Positions 39,850 to 52,961 of a DNA stretch of 64,000 nucleotides are shown in pieces. The stretch comes from Callorhinchus milii (lineage: Eukaryota). How positions within the stretch are numbered: position 1 is the stretch's first letter; every line of letters begins with the position of its first letter. The translations under genes and the position numbers were made by a program. The notes beneath the pieces were generated by a model. That model had not been told where the DNA came from, ran no database searches, and worked only from the letters and a program-made list of their open reading frames with translations. The stretch spans positions 69,752,001 to 69,816,000 of the forward strand of contig NW_024704743.1 in the NCBI RefSeq assembly GCF_018977255.1, read 5' to 3'.

Positions 39850-41520
39850 ATAGCTGAAGGAAGTTTGCGCTCATACAGCCCCTGAGATCTGACAGGCAGG
39901 CTGACAGAACATCAGGGGACTGGGGGGTCGCAAAGAGAGGTGGAAAAATAGAGTTGGGTGTCATCTGCATACATGTGGAAATATACCCCATGTCTATGGA
40001 TGACATCCCCAAGAGAGAACATGTAGATCAGAAAGAGGAGGGGGCCAAGGATGGATCCTTGGCGTACCTCGCAGGTGACCGGGTGAGAGCGGGAGGAGAA
40101 ACCGTTTGTGCAGATGTACTGCTGGCGATTTGTGAGGTAGGACTCAAACCAGGCGAGTGCGGTCCCACTGAGGTGGATGACAGAGGAAAGGTGGTGAAGG
40201 AGAATGGCGTGATCGACTGTGTTGAACGCAGCGGAGAGGTCCAGGAGGAGAAGGAGGCAGATGGAGCCCTGGTCACAGATAGAGAGGATGTTGTTTGTGA
40301 CTTTCACAAGCGCAGTCTCTGTACTGTGGGCAGGGCGGAAACTGGACTGGAGGGTTTCGAAGAGGGAGTGGGAGGAGAGGTGTGCGCGAAGTTGGTTAGC
40401 AATGATGCGTTCTAGAACTTTTGAGAGGAAGGGCAGGTTAGAAATAGGACGGTAGTGGCTGGGGTTTGAGGGATCTAAAGAAGGTTTTTTCAGGAGGGGG
40501 GTGATGACAGCAGTTTTGAGGGAGGCAGGGACTGATCCGGAGGAGAGTGACTTGTTGATGATGTCAGCCAGTAGTGGGCAGAGGAGGGGGAGCTGTGTGA
40601 CCAGTAAGTTGGTGGGGAGGGGGTCGAGGCAGCAGGTGGTGGGTTTATGGAGGTGATGGTGGGTGAGAAGGAGGAGGGAGAGATGGGGAGGAAGGAATGT
40701 AGAATGGGGGTGGTGGTAGGAGCAGATGATGAGGAAGGTGAAGGGGACAGAGAGGGCGTGGAGGTGGGTGACAAGGTGCAGGTGGATGAGGCTGCCTGGC
40801 GGATGTTAAGTATCTTAGAAGAAAAGAAGTCCATGATCTCCTCGGATTTAATAATAATAATAATAATAATAATCCTTGCATTTGATATAGCGCTTTTCAC
40901 GTCAGGAGGACGTCCCAAAGCGCTTCACAGAACACACTGTAAAGTAACTTGACTGTATATTTGTGGGCAAACGCGGCAGCCAATTGCGCACAGCAATGTC
41001 CCACAAACAGTCGTAGATTGAAAAATGACCAATTTATTATTGTTTTTGGTTTTTTTGGAGGGATTATTATTAGGCGTGTGGAGTAAGGAAACTTGCCCAA
41101 GGTTTCGCCCTCTGCCTGGAAATGCTTTGGCATTTGATATGAAGATTGAGGAGGCCTGAGGGGGGCACGGAGGAGGTAGTGGGTCGTGGAAAAAAGGATT
41201 TTTGGATTGTGTTTAGCCTCCAAGATGATGTTGGAGTAGAAGGCCATTTTTGCACGAGTCAAAGAACGGCGGTAGCTGTGGAGATGCTCGAGTCACAGTT
41301 GGCGGTGAACTGTCAGGCCAGTTTTCCGCCATCTGCGCTCGAGCAGACGGGTTTGGGTTTTTTGGTGGCGGAGATTTTTGTTGTACCAGGGGATCGGGTG
41401 GGTTTGGAGATGGTCCTGGATTTCAGGGGGACAATGGAGTTGAAGGTGGAGGAGAGGCGATCATGGAGTAGCTGGACGGCTGCTTCAGGATCTCCGCGGG
41501 TGGAGGGCCAGAGGGATAAG
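39850..41520 (-). mobile_element. L2 LINE ORF2 internal fragment including RT core, truncated at both ends, with a SINE inserted
   Basis: KVTNNIL...LLLLDLSAAFNTVDH...QGSILGPLLFLIYM...HMYADDTQLY; upstream AKMAFYSNIILEAKHNPKILF. Confidence 0.95.
40849..41120 (-). mobile_element. tRNA-derived SINE (short subfamily), head truncated, nested in L2
   Basis: Nearly identical to 20690-20940. Confidence 0.92.
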
Positions 41521-41756
41521 ATATTTGATGAGAGGGACTTTGAGCGTGTCTCAGGGGGTCATCAGTATCCTGGCACTGATGCCAGCACCTCCAGCACGCC
41601 ACCTGCCTGCTACCATACCTCACATCTAACACTACTGAAACCCTTATACGCACATTTGTCGCTTCCCACCTCAATGTTTCCAATGTCCTGCTCGCTGATC
41701 TCCAACATTCATGAAATCCAATTAATTCAAAACTCTATAACATGGAGAAATCAATT

Positions 41757-42103
41757 AATAATAGTAATCTTTGCATTTGATATAGCGCCTTATCAAGTTT
41801 TTGAGGCGTCTCAAAGAGCTTCACAGAATATACTGCAAACTGAATTGATTGTATATTTTGAGGGCGGAACGCAGCAGCCAATTGTGCACAGCAGTGTCCC
41901 ACAAACAATCAGATTATTGACCAAATTATTTTTTTGGAAGGATTATTATCCCTGGAAAGCGATCTGCCAATTGACTGACAACCGGGTTCCTAATTACTGC
42001 TAGGTAAACAGAGGGGTGTGGAGTAAGGAAACTTGCCCAATGTTTTGCCCTGCCAGGAATCAAACCCAGGTCCTATCGCTTCTGAAGTGCTCTAATCACT
42101 GAG
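41757..42103 (-). mobile_element. tRNA-derived SINE (long subfamily)
   Basis: Tail, core, extra segment and head (gtgctctaatcactgagc) all present. Confidence 0.88.
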
Positions 42104-42350
42104 CAAGGATGGTCTTGGAGCAATATTTCTGCAGGTTGGGAAACCAGTGGATAGCCTAGCCTTAGTTAATGCTTGTGAGAAGTTCTATGAGTATGTTTAG
42201 GATAAATGTGGAAACAATCACAAAACATTTGGAGACCATATTTTAAAAAGATCTTGTCAGATGCACCATCTCACAAACAGTGAATGGTGTTATGACTACA
42301 AATATTCAGAGGAGGCAAGGAACTACATGCAGTAAATGTTTTCACTGGAG
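42102..42350 (+). mobile_element. Ty3/Gypsy pol relic, RNase H
   Basis: SKDGLGAIFLQVGKPV; LALVNACEKFYEYV; VET...LETIF*K; SDAPSHKQ*MVL*LQIF; GKEL, matching DAS..GLGAVLLQ.G.PV, LA.V.ACEKF..YV, AP.RLQRM.LRLQ.Y. Confidence 0.85.
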
Positions 42351-43779
42351 TGTACTTGCAGGAAAATGAGGATGGGCATGATATGAACTTTGAGAAAGAA
42401 ATAGAAAGTCAGGCCAAGTGAAAAACAAGGATCAGTCACAAGGAAAAGAAAATACAAAGCCACACACAGGAGGATGTGAAAGGCACTGGTGAGGCTAATT
42501 GAGGAGGAATGCCTAGAGGACAAATGGGATGTTCCAGATAAAATTAAAGGATTCTTCTAATATACAGTCCAGTCCAATGCAGGGTTATTGTACAAATAGA
42601 AAAGAGTCAAGTGGATTGACTCTGTATTTTGTAGGCAGAACACGGCAGCCAACTGAGCACAGCAATGTCCCACAAACACAAAAAAAATCTTTTGAGGGAT
42701 TATTACTCCTAGAAAGCAATTTGTCAATTGACTAACAACCGGATTCCTACTTAATGCTAGGTAAACAATACGACAATACAGTTTGAAGGTGGTCACACTA
42801 AATCAGGCAGTGAATCGACAGACTGGTTTTAGCATCTGTTCACATTCCTCAGCTTCAAATCCACAGAGGTACGGCTGTGAAGAATAAATGAAGATTGCTG
42901 TCGAAGGAACCATGTATATTTTTCCATACAAAAAGGTGACAGCGAGAGGTTTATTTCAAGAGAATGTGTATGATGGTGAAGAAGATCTAAACATGATTGT
43001 AAATGAATCTGTCAATGATCATGACCTCGGGAACAAAGGTTATAATAATTAGCTAAACTAGATAGGTATTTGACTTTCCATGCACACTCAATAATGGCAT
43101 TCCAGCATAATTAAACCTGTAGATGGATATGTGGAACAACATTTTGGTCTCTCCAACATCTTCTCAATCAACTACACTTCAGAGTTCTAGATAACAATAA
43201 TCCTGGCATTCGATATTGCAGTTTTCAAGAAAGGAGGTTTTTAAGCTTTTTAAGATTTACTATAACGTGTAGTGACTGCGTATTTTGTAGGTCAACGTAT
43301 CGGATGCATAGGTGTATTGTTTATACTTTAGAATATGTCATTCTTCCGTCATGTTGGTTTTCCAGCAGTATGTACTCCAGGTCTTTCTCAAGTCCTCAAT
43401 TTCAGCGAGCCATTTATGTAAAAAAAATCTAATTTTAAAGCAAACATCTAATTTTATGGAAAACATTGTATTGCTAATTGTTGTTTGGACACGGCTATAA
43501 AAAGGAATCCCTCTTGAGTCAAGATGGATTAATAACTGAACAGCTTTGTTGAATCATATTAAAATAGTTTGTAGTGGACAGTGACAGAAGGTATTTACTA
43601 GACAACTGAAAAATATGATTTTATGTAGATGAACAGGAATATAAATCATATTTCATGCCAGTTTATAATCTAGTCAAAAAGCAGGATGACATCCAAAGAC
43701 GTATGGAGCAGCTCAGCATTTGGGAAATAACTGTCAAAAAAAAAACTAAAAGAACTTTCATTTTGATAGACCCGACTTA

Positions 43780-44065
43780 TTGGCAGAACTTGGTGGGACA
43801 GACCAGTCACTGGGATAGGGATTTGTCCCACTCAGTTTCTGTTAACTTTACAAACCAAAGTCCTATTGGGCAGGCTGATCTTTGCTTTACTAACCTCTGG
43901 ATTGCAGGATTAACAGGAGCCAAATGGGAAGAATTCTATCCTCAATGCCTGGTATGCCTCTCCAAGTCCTGCTGATCAGCCAGTGCTGGCTGGTGTGTCA
44001 TCAGTAATGACTTGGAGTACTGCAGACTACCTGGCTCAAGAACTGGACTACCAAGAGTGCCACAG
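43780..44065. repeat. Two oppositely oriented fragments of the unassigned dispersed family
   Basis: gaccagtcactggga...tcccactcagtttctgttaac faces ttaacaggagccaaatgggaagaattc. Confidence 0.55.
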
Positions 44066-45099
44066 AGAAAGAGGTAGGTCTTTAGCTGGACCTTGAAAGA
44101 GGGGAGAGAGCGAGTCAAATGAATCAGACAAACTCATTCCAGGTCTCTGCCAGTGTTGTTCTGTGACTGATTACTGCAAGGTATACAAAGCGAGCATAGG
44201 TTCCGTGTCGTCTGATTTATTATTTATTCTTATTCCTTCTGTCTAGGGACATACCTTGCTTCAATTTGGCCTCTTTCCCCCTCCCGAGACTCTGCCTGAG
44301 ATTAGTATTCACTGTGCATGGATCTGTAAGTGTAATCCAATGTCCTACCAACACACCAACGTGCTTTTTGGCCATACTGCCTCCTGTCCTTGTTCAATTT
44401 TAATGTTCTGATACTCTAGAATTAGAAATTAAGGCACTAAAACTACTATGACATCAGAGCAGTTGCTGAGAAAATCGTATAGTTTATCAGCATTTTAACA
44501 ACTAAAAATGTACTTTTTGCTTATGTATACACATGCTTAGATGGGGATGTAAAAAGCATAACTTATAGGAATGTATTCACTAACCACACCCACTGTTGTT
44601 GATCCACTGTGAGAGGCAATACTCTCATTGTAACGGACTAATGTTAATTCAATATTGTGTTATTTTGCTGCAGATCTAATATCGCATTTGCTTTTTGGAA
44701 CTCCACCAGGAGATTCAAGAGAGAAAAAAAAACAAGGTTCTCTGAGTTATCATCGTGCAATACCAAAGTACTGCTCAATTGTTTTTAAGTAGTAGCATAC
44801 AAGTGTAGCAAAACATACAGAGATACAAAACTACAGTATTTCTATATTATATTAGCAGTGATGGTGTGTAAAGGTTGATATCATAGTAATATCCTAACCT
44901 TCTGCTCAATCAGGCACAGAAACATTGAGTAATGATAATAATAATCCTTGCATTTGATATAGCGCCTTATGACATCTTCGAGGCGTCTAAAAGCGCTTCA
45001 CAGAATATACTGTAAAGTGAATTGACTGTATATTTGTGGGCAAATGTAATCACAGTAATAATCCTTCAATTAATTAAACTGTAAAGCAGTATCACTAAG

Positions 45100-45433
45100 A
45101 TGACACTCCAATGCAGTCCTGGGATGTGTTACATTGTCGGAGGTGCCCTCCTTTGGATGTTACACTAAACCGAGATCCCATCTGTGTGTTCAGGTGGATG
45201 TTAAGAATCCCATAACACTATTCAAAAAGAGAAGGTATTTCCCCTGCTGTACTGGCCAACAATTTCCCAAATAAAATTGGTCACTCACTCCACGACTGTT
45301 TGTGAGATATCGTTGTATGCAATTGGCTGCTGCGTTTCGCCCACAAAATACACAGTCAATCCACTTTACAATATATCCTGTGGAGCACTTTGAGACTTCT
45401 CGACAGCGCTGTATCAAATGCAAGGATTATTAT
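45100..45433 (+). mobile_element. Deu-domain SINE with L2-type tail
   Basis: ctttggatgttacactaaaccgagatccc...ttcaggtggatgttaagaatccc...atcaaatgcaaggattattat. Confidence 0.75.
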
Positions 45434-45613
45434 GAACAAAACACAAAATACTGCAGATGCTGGAATCTGAAACAAAAACAGAGAGAGCTGGAAAAACTCA
45501 GCAGGTCAGGCAGCATCTATGGAGAAAAGAACTCACTTTCAAAAGACTCACTTTCCTTTCTCCATAGATGCTGCCTGATCTGCTGAGTTTTTCCAGCTCT
45601 CTCTGTTTTTGTT
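45434..45613. mobile_element. Short Penelope-like inverted-repeat insertion with target-site duplication
   Basis: Arms 45471-45527 and about 45557-45613 are reverse complements with one mismatch; flanked by gcaaggattattat on both sides. Confidence 0.7.
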
Positions 45614-45633
45614 GCAAGGATTATTATTATTAA

Positions 45634-45932
45634 GAGAGTCCTGTAGCTCAGTGGTTAGAGCACTTGCCTTGCAAGTGAGACGCCTAGGTTCAATCTTGGG
45701 CAAGTTTCCTTACTCCACACAACTAATAATAATCCCTCCAAAACAAAACAATAATAAATCGGTCATTTTCAATCCATGACTGTTTGTGGGACATTGCTGT
45801 GCACAATTGGCTGCCACGTTTCGCCCACAAATATACAGTCAATTCACTTTATAGCATATTCTGTGAAGCACTTTGACACGTCTAGAAGACGTGAAAAGCG
45901 CCATATCAAATGCAAGGATTATTATTATTTTA
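45634..45932 (+). mobile_element. tRNA-derived SINE (short subfamily), small head deletion
   Basis: agtcctgtagctcagtggttagagcacttgccttgcaagtgaga... to the (att)n tail. Confidence 0.88.
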
Positions 45933-48900
45933 TTAACAAAAATCTTAAGAGCTTTTAGCTGTACAAGAGATGGCTAAATGGTGAAATACCTGTTTTCAAA
46001 TAGAAATTAATATTGAAATAGTTTGCTATTATTTGGATCACATTGATACAGTTTTTTGGGGGGATGTTGAAACAACATAAGTATTATTAAAGTAGAATTA
46101 AGCGAGAACCTATAGCATTCTGAATAAAAACCAATGGAATATTGTTTCCAACATCTGTGTGAAGACTGCATCAGCAGTGAACTTCCATGTAAAAGCGTAC
46201 AAACAAAATATGAGATGTTGTACAGCTGCTCCATGATATTTCTGTTCCAAATCTGCGCCTGAGGCTGCTGTTGTCAGATTACATTAGGACTGATCAGGAC
46301 AAATCAAACATAAAGACTGGTCCATTGACAAGTGTTTCGCAATTAAATTCATTATGGTTTTGTGTTTGCAGACAATGTTTGAATGCTGCTGTCACCCTAT
46401 TTTCACATGTGTTAGAATCTGAATAATATCATCCCTGAATAATCACATGAAGTAATTATTACTTTTTCAAAGTGGTTATATTTGGGTTCATTTGAAGGTC
46501 ACCCTTGTGACTAAGCTTTGAATTGATTAGGCTATTGTAAGGTGACTGAAAGAGATGCACCATCGTGATTGTACAGTGCAAATCATTTTCATGTTTTACT
46601 CGTACATGTAGCACAAGACTCTTCTAAAAATCATTCATAATGAATACAGCATTGAACAAAATAATTAGTTTTCTGACAATTGTGACTGAATCATTGGCAG
46701 GACATAAGGAGCTTGGAAATATGACCATTATGTAACTAGATGGGAAGCACAAAACATCGGAGAATAATCTTTCACCTTTCAGACATGTGAATTGAGATCG
46801 CAGTGTATAAAATGTGGGCATTGAGATCACAGTGAGTAAATATAAACGCTGCGGTGGATCATTTCATTTATTTGTTGGAGCCCTGACCCAACAAATAGTT
46901 TTTTTTTGAGATTGTGTGCACAATATCTGTGCTTGATTCAGAAATGCATGACTTGCACCAAGAAACAAATAATGATCTTGCTTTGTATTCCATACCAGTT
47001 AATGTCAAGCCTGGACTAAGTTTGTTGCTGGGTAGTTCTGTGCCTGTGAAACATGACAAATTAATTCTACCTAATTTTCAGATATGAAGGTTATGTCATT
47101 TTTCAGAAGCAAATATAGACACAGGTTTTTATTTCTATTGCTGGACTCGACAGACCTTGCTATTTATGAAAACTATTAGATAACATACTTCCAACCTATT
47201 AATAAACTGCTGCTATTTTGTCATCTTGCTCTCTTTGTTTAAGAAAGAAATTAAATAGAATCGTTTTTATGAAACACTGTATGTGTTGGCCACAACTTTT
47301 ATTCCCAGGCTGCAAAGCTGTTTTTTTTCATGTTTTTAGAAAAAAATGTGATGTACTTAAGGAACTCAGTATAGTTCTAGATGTTCAATTTGCAGTCTTT
47401 TATTTTAATGCCTTTTAAATGGAAGTTAAAAGTCTCTTTGAAGTATAATATGACAGTTTTTTTTCAAAGTAACGTTATAACTATTTGGAACTTTTTTTGT
47501 TTTTTTAAAAAAGTGCCTCTGCTGAAGTGGTTTGATATCCTGGTTAATTATACGCTTCGGGATTATAGATCAGAGGGAAATTCAAGTTTCAGTGAAATGC
47601 CACAAATGCAGTTTCACTGTGTACCATTTTGGATTTTAGAGGAATTATAATTTAGACAAAATTTTGCACAGGCACACCTATTTGGAATGGGTCAGTGATG
47701 AAAATTAGATTGGATTCCATGTTATATACTAAATGGAGACTTCACCTTAAAACAAGAGATAAGCAGAATGTACTGCATCTTCTTACCTTATTCGTTCTAA
47801 TTACCATTGCCAATTGTCAAAAAACTGTGGTATTTTGTAATGCATCAGCGGTCACTGTGCTGAGAGTGAACAGTACTGAACACTGCTGCGTGGAATCTAG
47901 TTCATTGACCGCCCTGGTGCAAAAGCCACACCTCCCGGTCTATAGGTCATAAAAGGCTACATGATTAAATCTCTTATTATACTGCTTCACCTTCACTACA
48001 ATAACACTTGCATTTATAAAGTATTTCACATAAAGTTAACATCTCAAAGTACTTTATAGAGATTGTGCTGGATACCAAGAAGGGAGATTGGGGAAAGAGG
48101 GATGTGACTTCTGGCATCTTTGAAGAGGTGAGTTTACAAGAGTTTTTCAAAGACAGATTGAGAGGAGGTAAAGTGGAGAGGATTTAGGCAGGAAGTTCCA
48201 GAGGTTAGAAGCGTAAAGACTGTATGTCTCCTACCCTATACATTTGCTTGCCTTCGTCGCTCGGCTAACTTAGGCTTACTGCATGCCTCACCCTCTTCTT
48301 GCCACCATCCCTGGCCAAGCCTTCAGTTTCTATGCCCTGACCTCTGGAATTCCCTCCCTCCACCACTCTGTCTTGCCCGCTCTCGTTCTGGCTTTAAGTC
48401 CTCCCTCAAATCGTGCTTCTTCAAACGCACCTGCCTTTCTCCTTCTCACTTGCTCATCATCCAGCCCCGTTTCTGTAAAGCGTTCGAGACATTACCCTAC
48501 ATGATTGGCACTATGTAAATGAAAGTTGTTGTGAAGGCTCGATCACCAGAGGAGCAGGAATGTGCAGCAAGTGGGGGTGATCAGGCAAGCGAGGCTGGAG
48601 AAGGTCAAGGTGAGACGTGAGCACGTAGGGATTTGTAGTGTATTGAAAGTGAGGATCTTCAAGTCATTCTGTGTGGAGCTAGTGAAGGCTGGTGAGGAAG
48701 GGAAGTGACCATTACTCTGTATAACAATAAAAGTTGTTTTTATAGAAATCACCACAACTATCAATCCTTAAGCAAGATAGCCACTGCAATATCAGACCAT
48801 ATGTAATAGCGTTCCTGAGCAAAATGCAGTCCCAACAATGTACTCCTACCTTTGTATTTCTTTGTTACCTTTTTTCTTTATTCCGCTAATCTCTCTGCCC

Positions 48901-49529
48901 TATTTTTTAGTCATTTTTAAAAATTGTATCAATGTTGCTTAATAAAGGTGAACCTATTTAGAGTGTTTCAGCCCATGGTACATAACAATTCATCAGATCA
49001 GCAAAGAAAGGAATAAAGTAAAATGTTGATGTCAAATTTGAGTCACTATCAAAAAGGTCACATTATGGAGCCCTGAAATATATATTTGCCTTGCCAAGAA
49101 AAAGTGCTGCTTCTACTTAGCTCCTAGACTGCAACCAACTTTATTGAGATACTTGTCTCTGAGTACTGACTGGTTCAGCACACGTTCATACATGTGATGG
49201 TGACAAATAACACTGCAAAGGAATAAAGATACTGAAGCACCAAAAAATGTTTTATTACTGTAATATTAACATTAAATCCCTGTGGTGATAAGTTATAATA
49301 AAATATACTTTACAGTATATTCTGTGAAGTGCTTTGAGAAAGTCTTGAAGACATGATAAGGCTCCATATCAAATACAACTTATTATTATTATGATAAAAA
49401 TCTTACCAGACATGCTCTTTCATCCAATTTTCTTTCCTAATTTCCTCGGGTACTTTTTTGTCCTGAAATTCTTCCTATTCTGTGCATTCTCACCTTTCAT
49501 TTACATATTTGTCACTTTGATAATAAAAA

Positions 49530-49940
49530 AATAATAATCCTTGCATTTAAAATAGCCTGTTTCACACTGGCAGACCATCTCAAAGCTCTTCACAGGATTT
49601 ACTGTAAAGTGAAGTGATTATGTATTTTGTAGGCAAACACAGCAGACAATATCCCATAAACAGCCACAAAGTGAATTGATCAATTTTATGTGTGGGATTA
49701 TTGGTCTGTATGACTTCAGAAATTCCCTTCTCTTTCAAGTAGTTGGGATGTTTAACATCCACCTGAGCAGGCAGATAGGTCTTTGGTTTAACATCTCATC
49801 TGAATGATGGCACTTCCAGCAATGTAGTGTACCCTCACTGCATTGGAGTGTTAGCTTACGTTAGACTATGCGAGTTCAAATTCCCGACTCACAAACTTCT
49901 GACTCGGAGGCAAGAGTGCTATCATCTAAACCAGGCTGAC
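49530..49940 (-). mobile_element. Old Deu-domain SINE
   Basis: tttaacatccacctgagcaggcag...ttggtttaacatctcatctgaa...ttctgactcggaggcaagagtgcta. Confidence 0.7.
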
Positions 49941-50184
49941 ACCCTCTTCTGGCTCTCATTGTTCATTTTGTAAGTGAGAACAGCGTTTTGTCAAGTTATT
50001 TCTATTGGTTCAAAATTGCCCTGACAAGCAGGCTTTGTTGTCACACAAAAGCTAAAATGACACTGTTAATTCTCAACCCCAAAAGAGTAAAGAAACAGGA
50101 GTGGGAATCATCTGGAAAGCCAGGAGTCTATTTGGGCTGCATTCCTGAATATACATCCAGCGTAAATGCATTCTAAGGGTCATC

Positions 50185-50720
50185 CACACATTCATCACAT
50201 CTAGGCTCGACTATGTCAACTCCTTGCTTGTCAGCCTTCCCAACTCTTCCCTCCACAAACTGCAGATCATCCAGAACTCTGCAGCTCGTGTCCTCTCCCT
50301 CACCAGGCTCCGCGGCCATATCACCTGCCCCTTACCTGACTCCACTGGCTCCCCATCCCCCAGAGGATAGAGTTCAAGATCCTCGTCCTCGCCTTCAAGG
50401 CCCTCCATGGCCTTGCCCCTCTGCGACCTGCTAACACCACATCAACCTGTCCGCTCCCTCCAATCACCAGGCTCTGGCCTGCTCCACCATCAGCTGCCGG
50501 GCCTTCTGTCCCCACCCTATGGAACTCCATCCCACATTCCCTTTGCCTTGCTCCCTCTCTTGCCTCCTTCAAGGTGCGTCGCAAAACTCTTCTTCGACCG
50601 AGTCTTCGGCCACCCTCCTACCCTCCCTGCCCTCCTCCACGATCCCCAGCTTGTGTCCAGATCCCTGACTGTCCAACACCTTGGGACATGAAAGGCACTA
50701 TACAAATGTAATTTGTATTG
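50185..50720 (+). mobile_element. L2 LINE 3' portion
   Basis: ttcatcacatctaggctcgactat (FITSRLDY), ccactggctccccatcccccagaggatagagttcaagatcc (HWLPIPQRIEFKI); closely similar to rc of 15055-15640. Confidence 0.92.
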
Positions 50721-51099
50721 TAAAACAAAATACTGGACAATGCTTTGCAATATTGTGTTAGCAAAATCTTTATTAAAAATTATTTCTTAAATATTTGCTT
50801 AATGATAATTTATGATGCAGTAAACTAAATTGAAGTTTACTATAGAGTATGGTTGACTTTCAAGTTTTAATAAAAGCTATTACCATAACAAAAAAGCTTG
50901 GGTTAGGGTTGTGTTTATTGCTTGCATTTTTAAATATTTAAATAAAATAGCTTTCAATTGTATTTAAGAACAAAGTAGTACAATATTTGTAGTATTTTTA
51001 TTTGGATAATTACATTTGAGATATAATGAACTTGTGTAACAAGAAATCAAGTTTCAATTTTGCTGAATTGTCTATAGCCTTCAAATGTAATGCTACTTG

Positions 51100-51570
51100 C
51101 TACGGATCACATCTCTGCATAGCTGCAATGGAAACTTTGCAAGGAATTTTCATGAAACAAGAAACTTCAGTGAAATTATTATCAAGTTTTATTTTTAGGA
51201 GAAGAAAAAGTAATCCACCTAACTTTGGGTATCCGTACATTTCAGAACTGGAGAATGTGCAAACTGATTTGAAGAAGCATGAGACAATAAAATATGTGGC
51301 CATAAAGCTTCAAAAGCAGCATTATCTGCATTCATGCTAAATAAACAAAGCTTCAGATAAAAACTTTCTATTACACTGCTTTAGGATTTGAATGAGTTTA
51401 AAAGAAACTGCACTGTAAATTGCTGTGTTGACCATATTGCTAATAATTAGTGAAGCACTGAGGGACAGACCTGTTCTCTGGATTTTCAGTTTGCTTTGAC
51501 CTGAAATGATCCCAGCACAATTTGAATCCAAATCTGAATGTGAGGAATCGGAGTTAAACCTTGGCATGTT
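51100..51570 (+). mobile_element. Possible hAT transposase relic
   Basis: Broken frames with EALRDR...FSCFD..MIP, loosely like ZNF862-type L..RF...F..FDP...P. Confidence 0.2.
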
Positions 51571-52309
51571 AGTATGCCTCGATGAAAGAAATAAAAAAAA
51601 CAAGCTGGATTAAGCTCAGTTACTGTCTGACTCGATTATACTAACCAAATTGGGAAGAGAATTCAGCTTTTAGCCCGGTACTGTGTTTAGCCTTAGCAAT
51701 ATTTATGAGTTAGTAACCAAATTAGTTGCCAGATTAAAATTGATCTTGCATCCCATGTTACAGTAAACCATCCAAAATATGTGACATCTTGCCAAAAAAA
51801 GCAAAGAGGGAATCGAAACTTAAAAAAACAAACTTAGAGTTCGTGAATTCAAACGAAAATTGATCCTTTATGATCAAGAAAGCCAATTTATTGGGGATGA
51901 GAACTGGATGGAATATTGACAAGTACATAAGATCTACTGTTACAAGAGAGAACTGATGTTTTGAATGAGATGTTTGAGATATTAAGAATGTCTACGAAGA
52001 AGATAGGTATGCATGCTGTAAGTGTAATAAAATGAGCAACTAAAGGTACATAAAGCTGGTGTCTTATATAAGAGGTTTATCAAATCTTGAGCTGCTTTTA
52101 CAATAGAATCTACAAGAGAACATTTCTGTTGATTTTGATCTTACAATTTGACATCAATTATATATCATCAAAATGCATTGTTTGCTATGATCTATCCTAT
52201 ATATTTTAAGAGAGTGAATATTCACAAGATAAGTTTGTTTTGGATGAAGAAGGTAATTTCTTCTGGCTTCATCCTTCCAGAATACCCATCCTCCTATCAC
52301 AGCATATCC

Positions 52310-52720
52310 TTTTGTGGGTGGGGCGGGAGGTGATCGAGGTCTCCTTGGAACTGAACTGAGCCAGGCGGGTCCGCAGTATTGTAGGGCACTGCTGATTGCA
52401 GCACATCAGCAGGACCTGGAAAGGCAGATCAGTGACTGGGGGCAGGGAGTCATCCCACACAGCTCCTGTTAATCCTGGCGGACAAATATGACAGACAGCA
52501 ATACCAATGGCAAGTCTTGCGGTTTTAGCTGGTTTGACTCCAACCAGTACCCCAATGCACATTCTGGGTAACCAAGCCTTGGGTCTTGCCAACCTGCGCC
52601 TAATACTTTCCAGAATTAGGTAAGCAGGATGCGTTCTTCCAAGGAGAGAGTGCGCATTCCATTCCAACAATTTATCTCTGGGATTGCCATGTGTAGGTGG
52701 GATACATGCAGAAAAAATAC
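52310..52720 (+). repeat. Copy of the unassigned dispersed family
   Basis: catcagcaggacctggaa...tcccacacagctcctgttaatcctgg...ccaagccttgggtcttgccaacc...ttccagaattaggtaagcagg matches 5340-5690. Confidence 0.75.
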
Positions 52721-52961
52721 CCCAGCAGTGTCCTGGCTTCAGCCACCTTTCCTCACAACCTTTCCAGTTGTTGATTACCTTCTGAGTAAAGAAAATGCTC
52801 CCCGTATCTTTGCTGAATTTGCTGTTTGCAATTCTAAACCTATGTTCATTTGTTCTGTTGTCTTGCTGTTTCTTAACGTATTGTTCTGGTGAATTTAGAA
52901 CTGTTAAGGTTTTATCACATCAAGTAACCAATGCATGTTTAGATCCAGTGCAGTAGAATTG

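Noticed and set aside
41146..42003. Longest ORF (285 aa)
   Set aside because: Runs antisense through an L2 fragment and a SINE; chimeric chance frame
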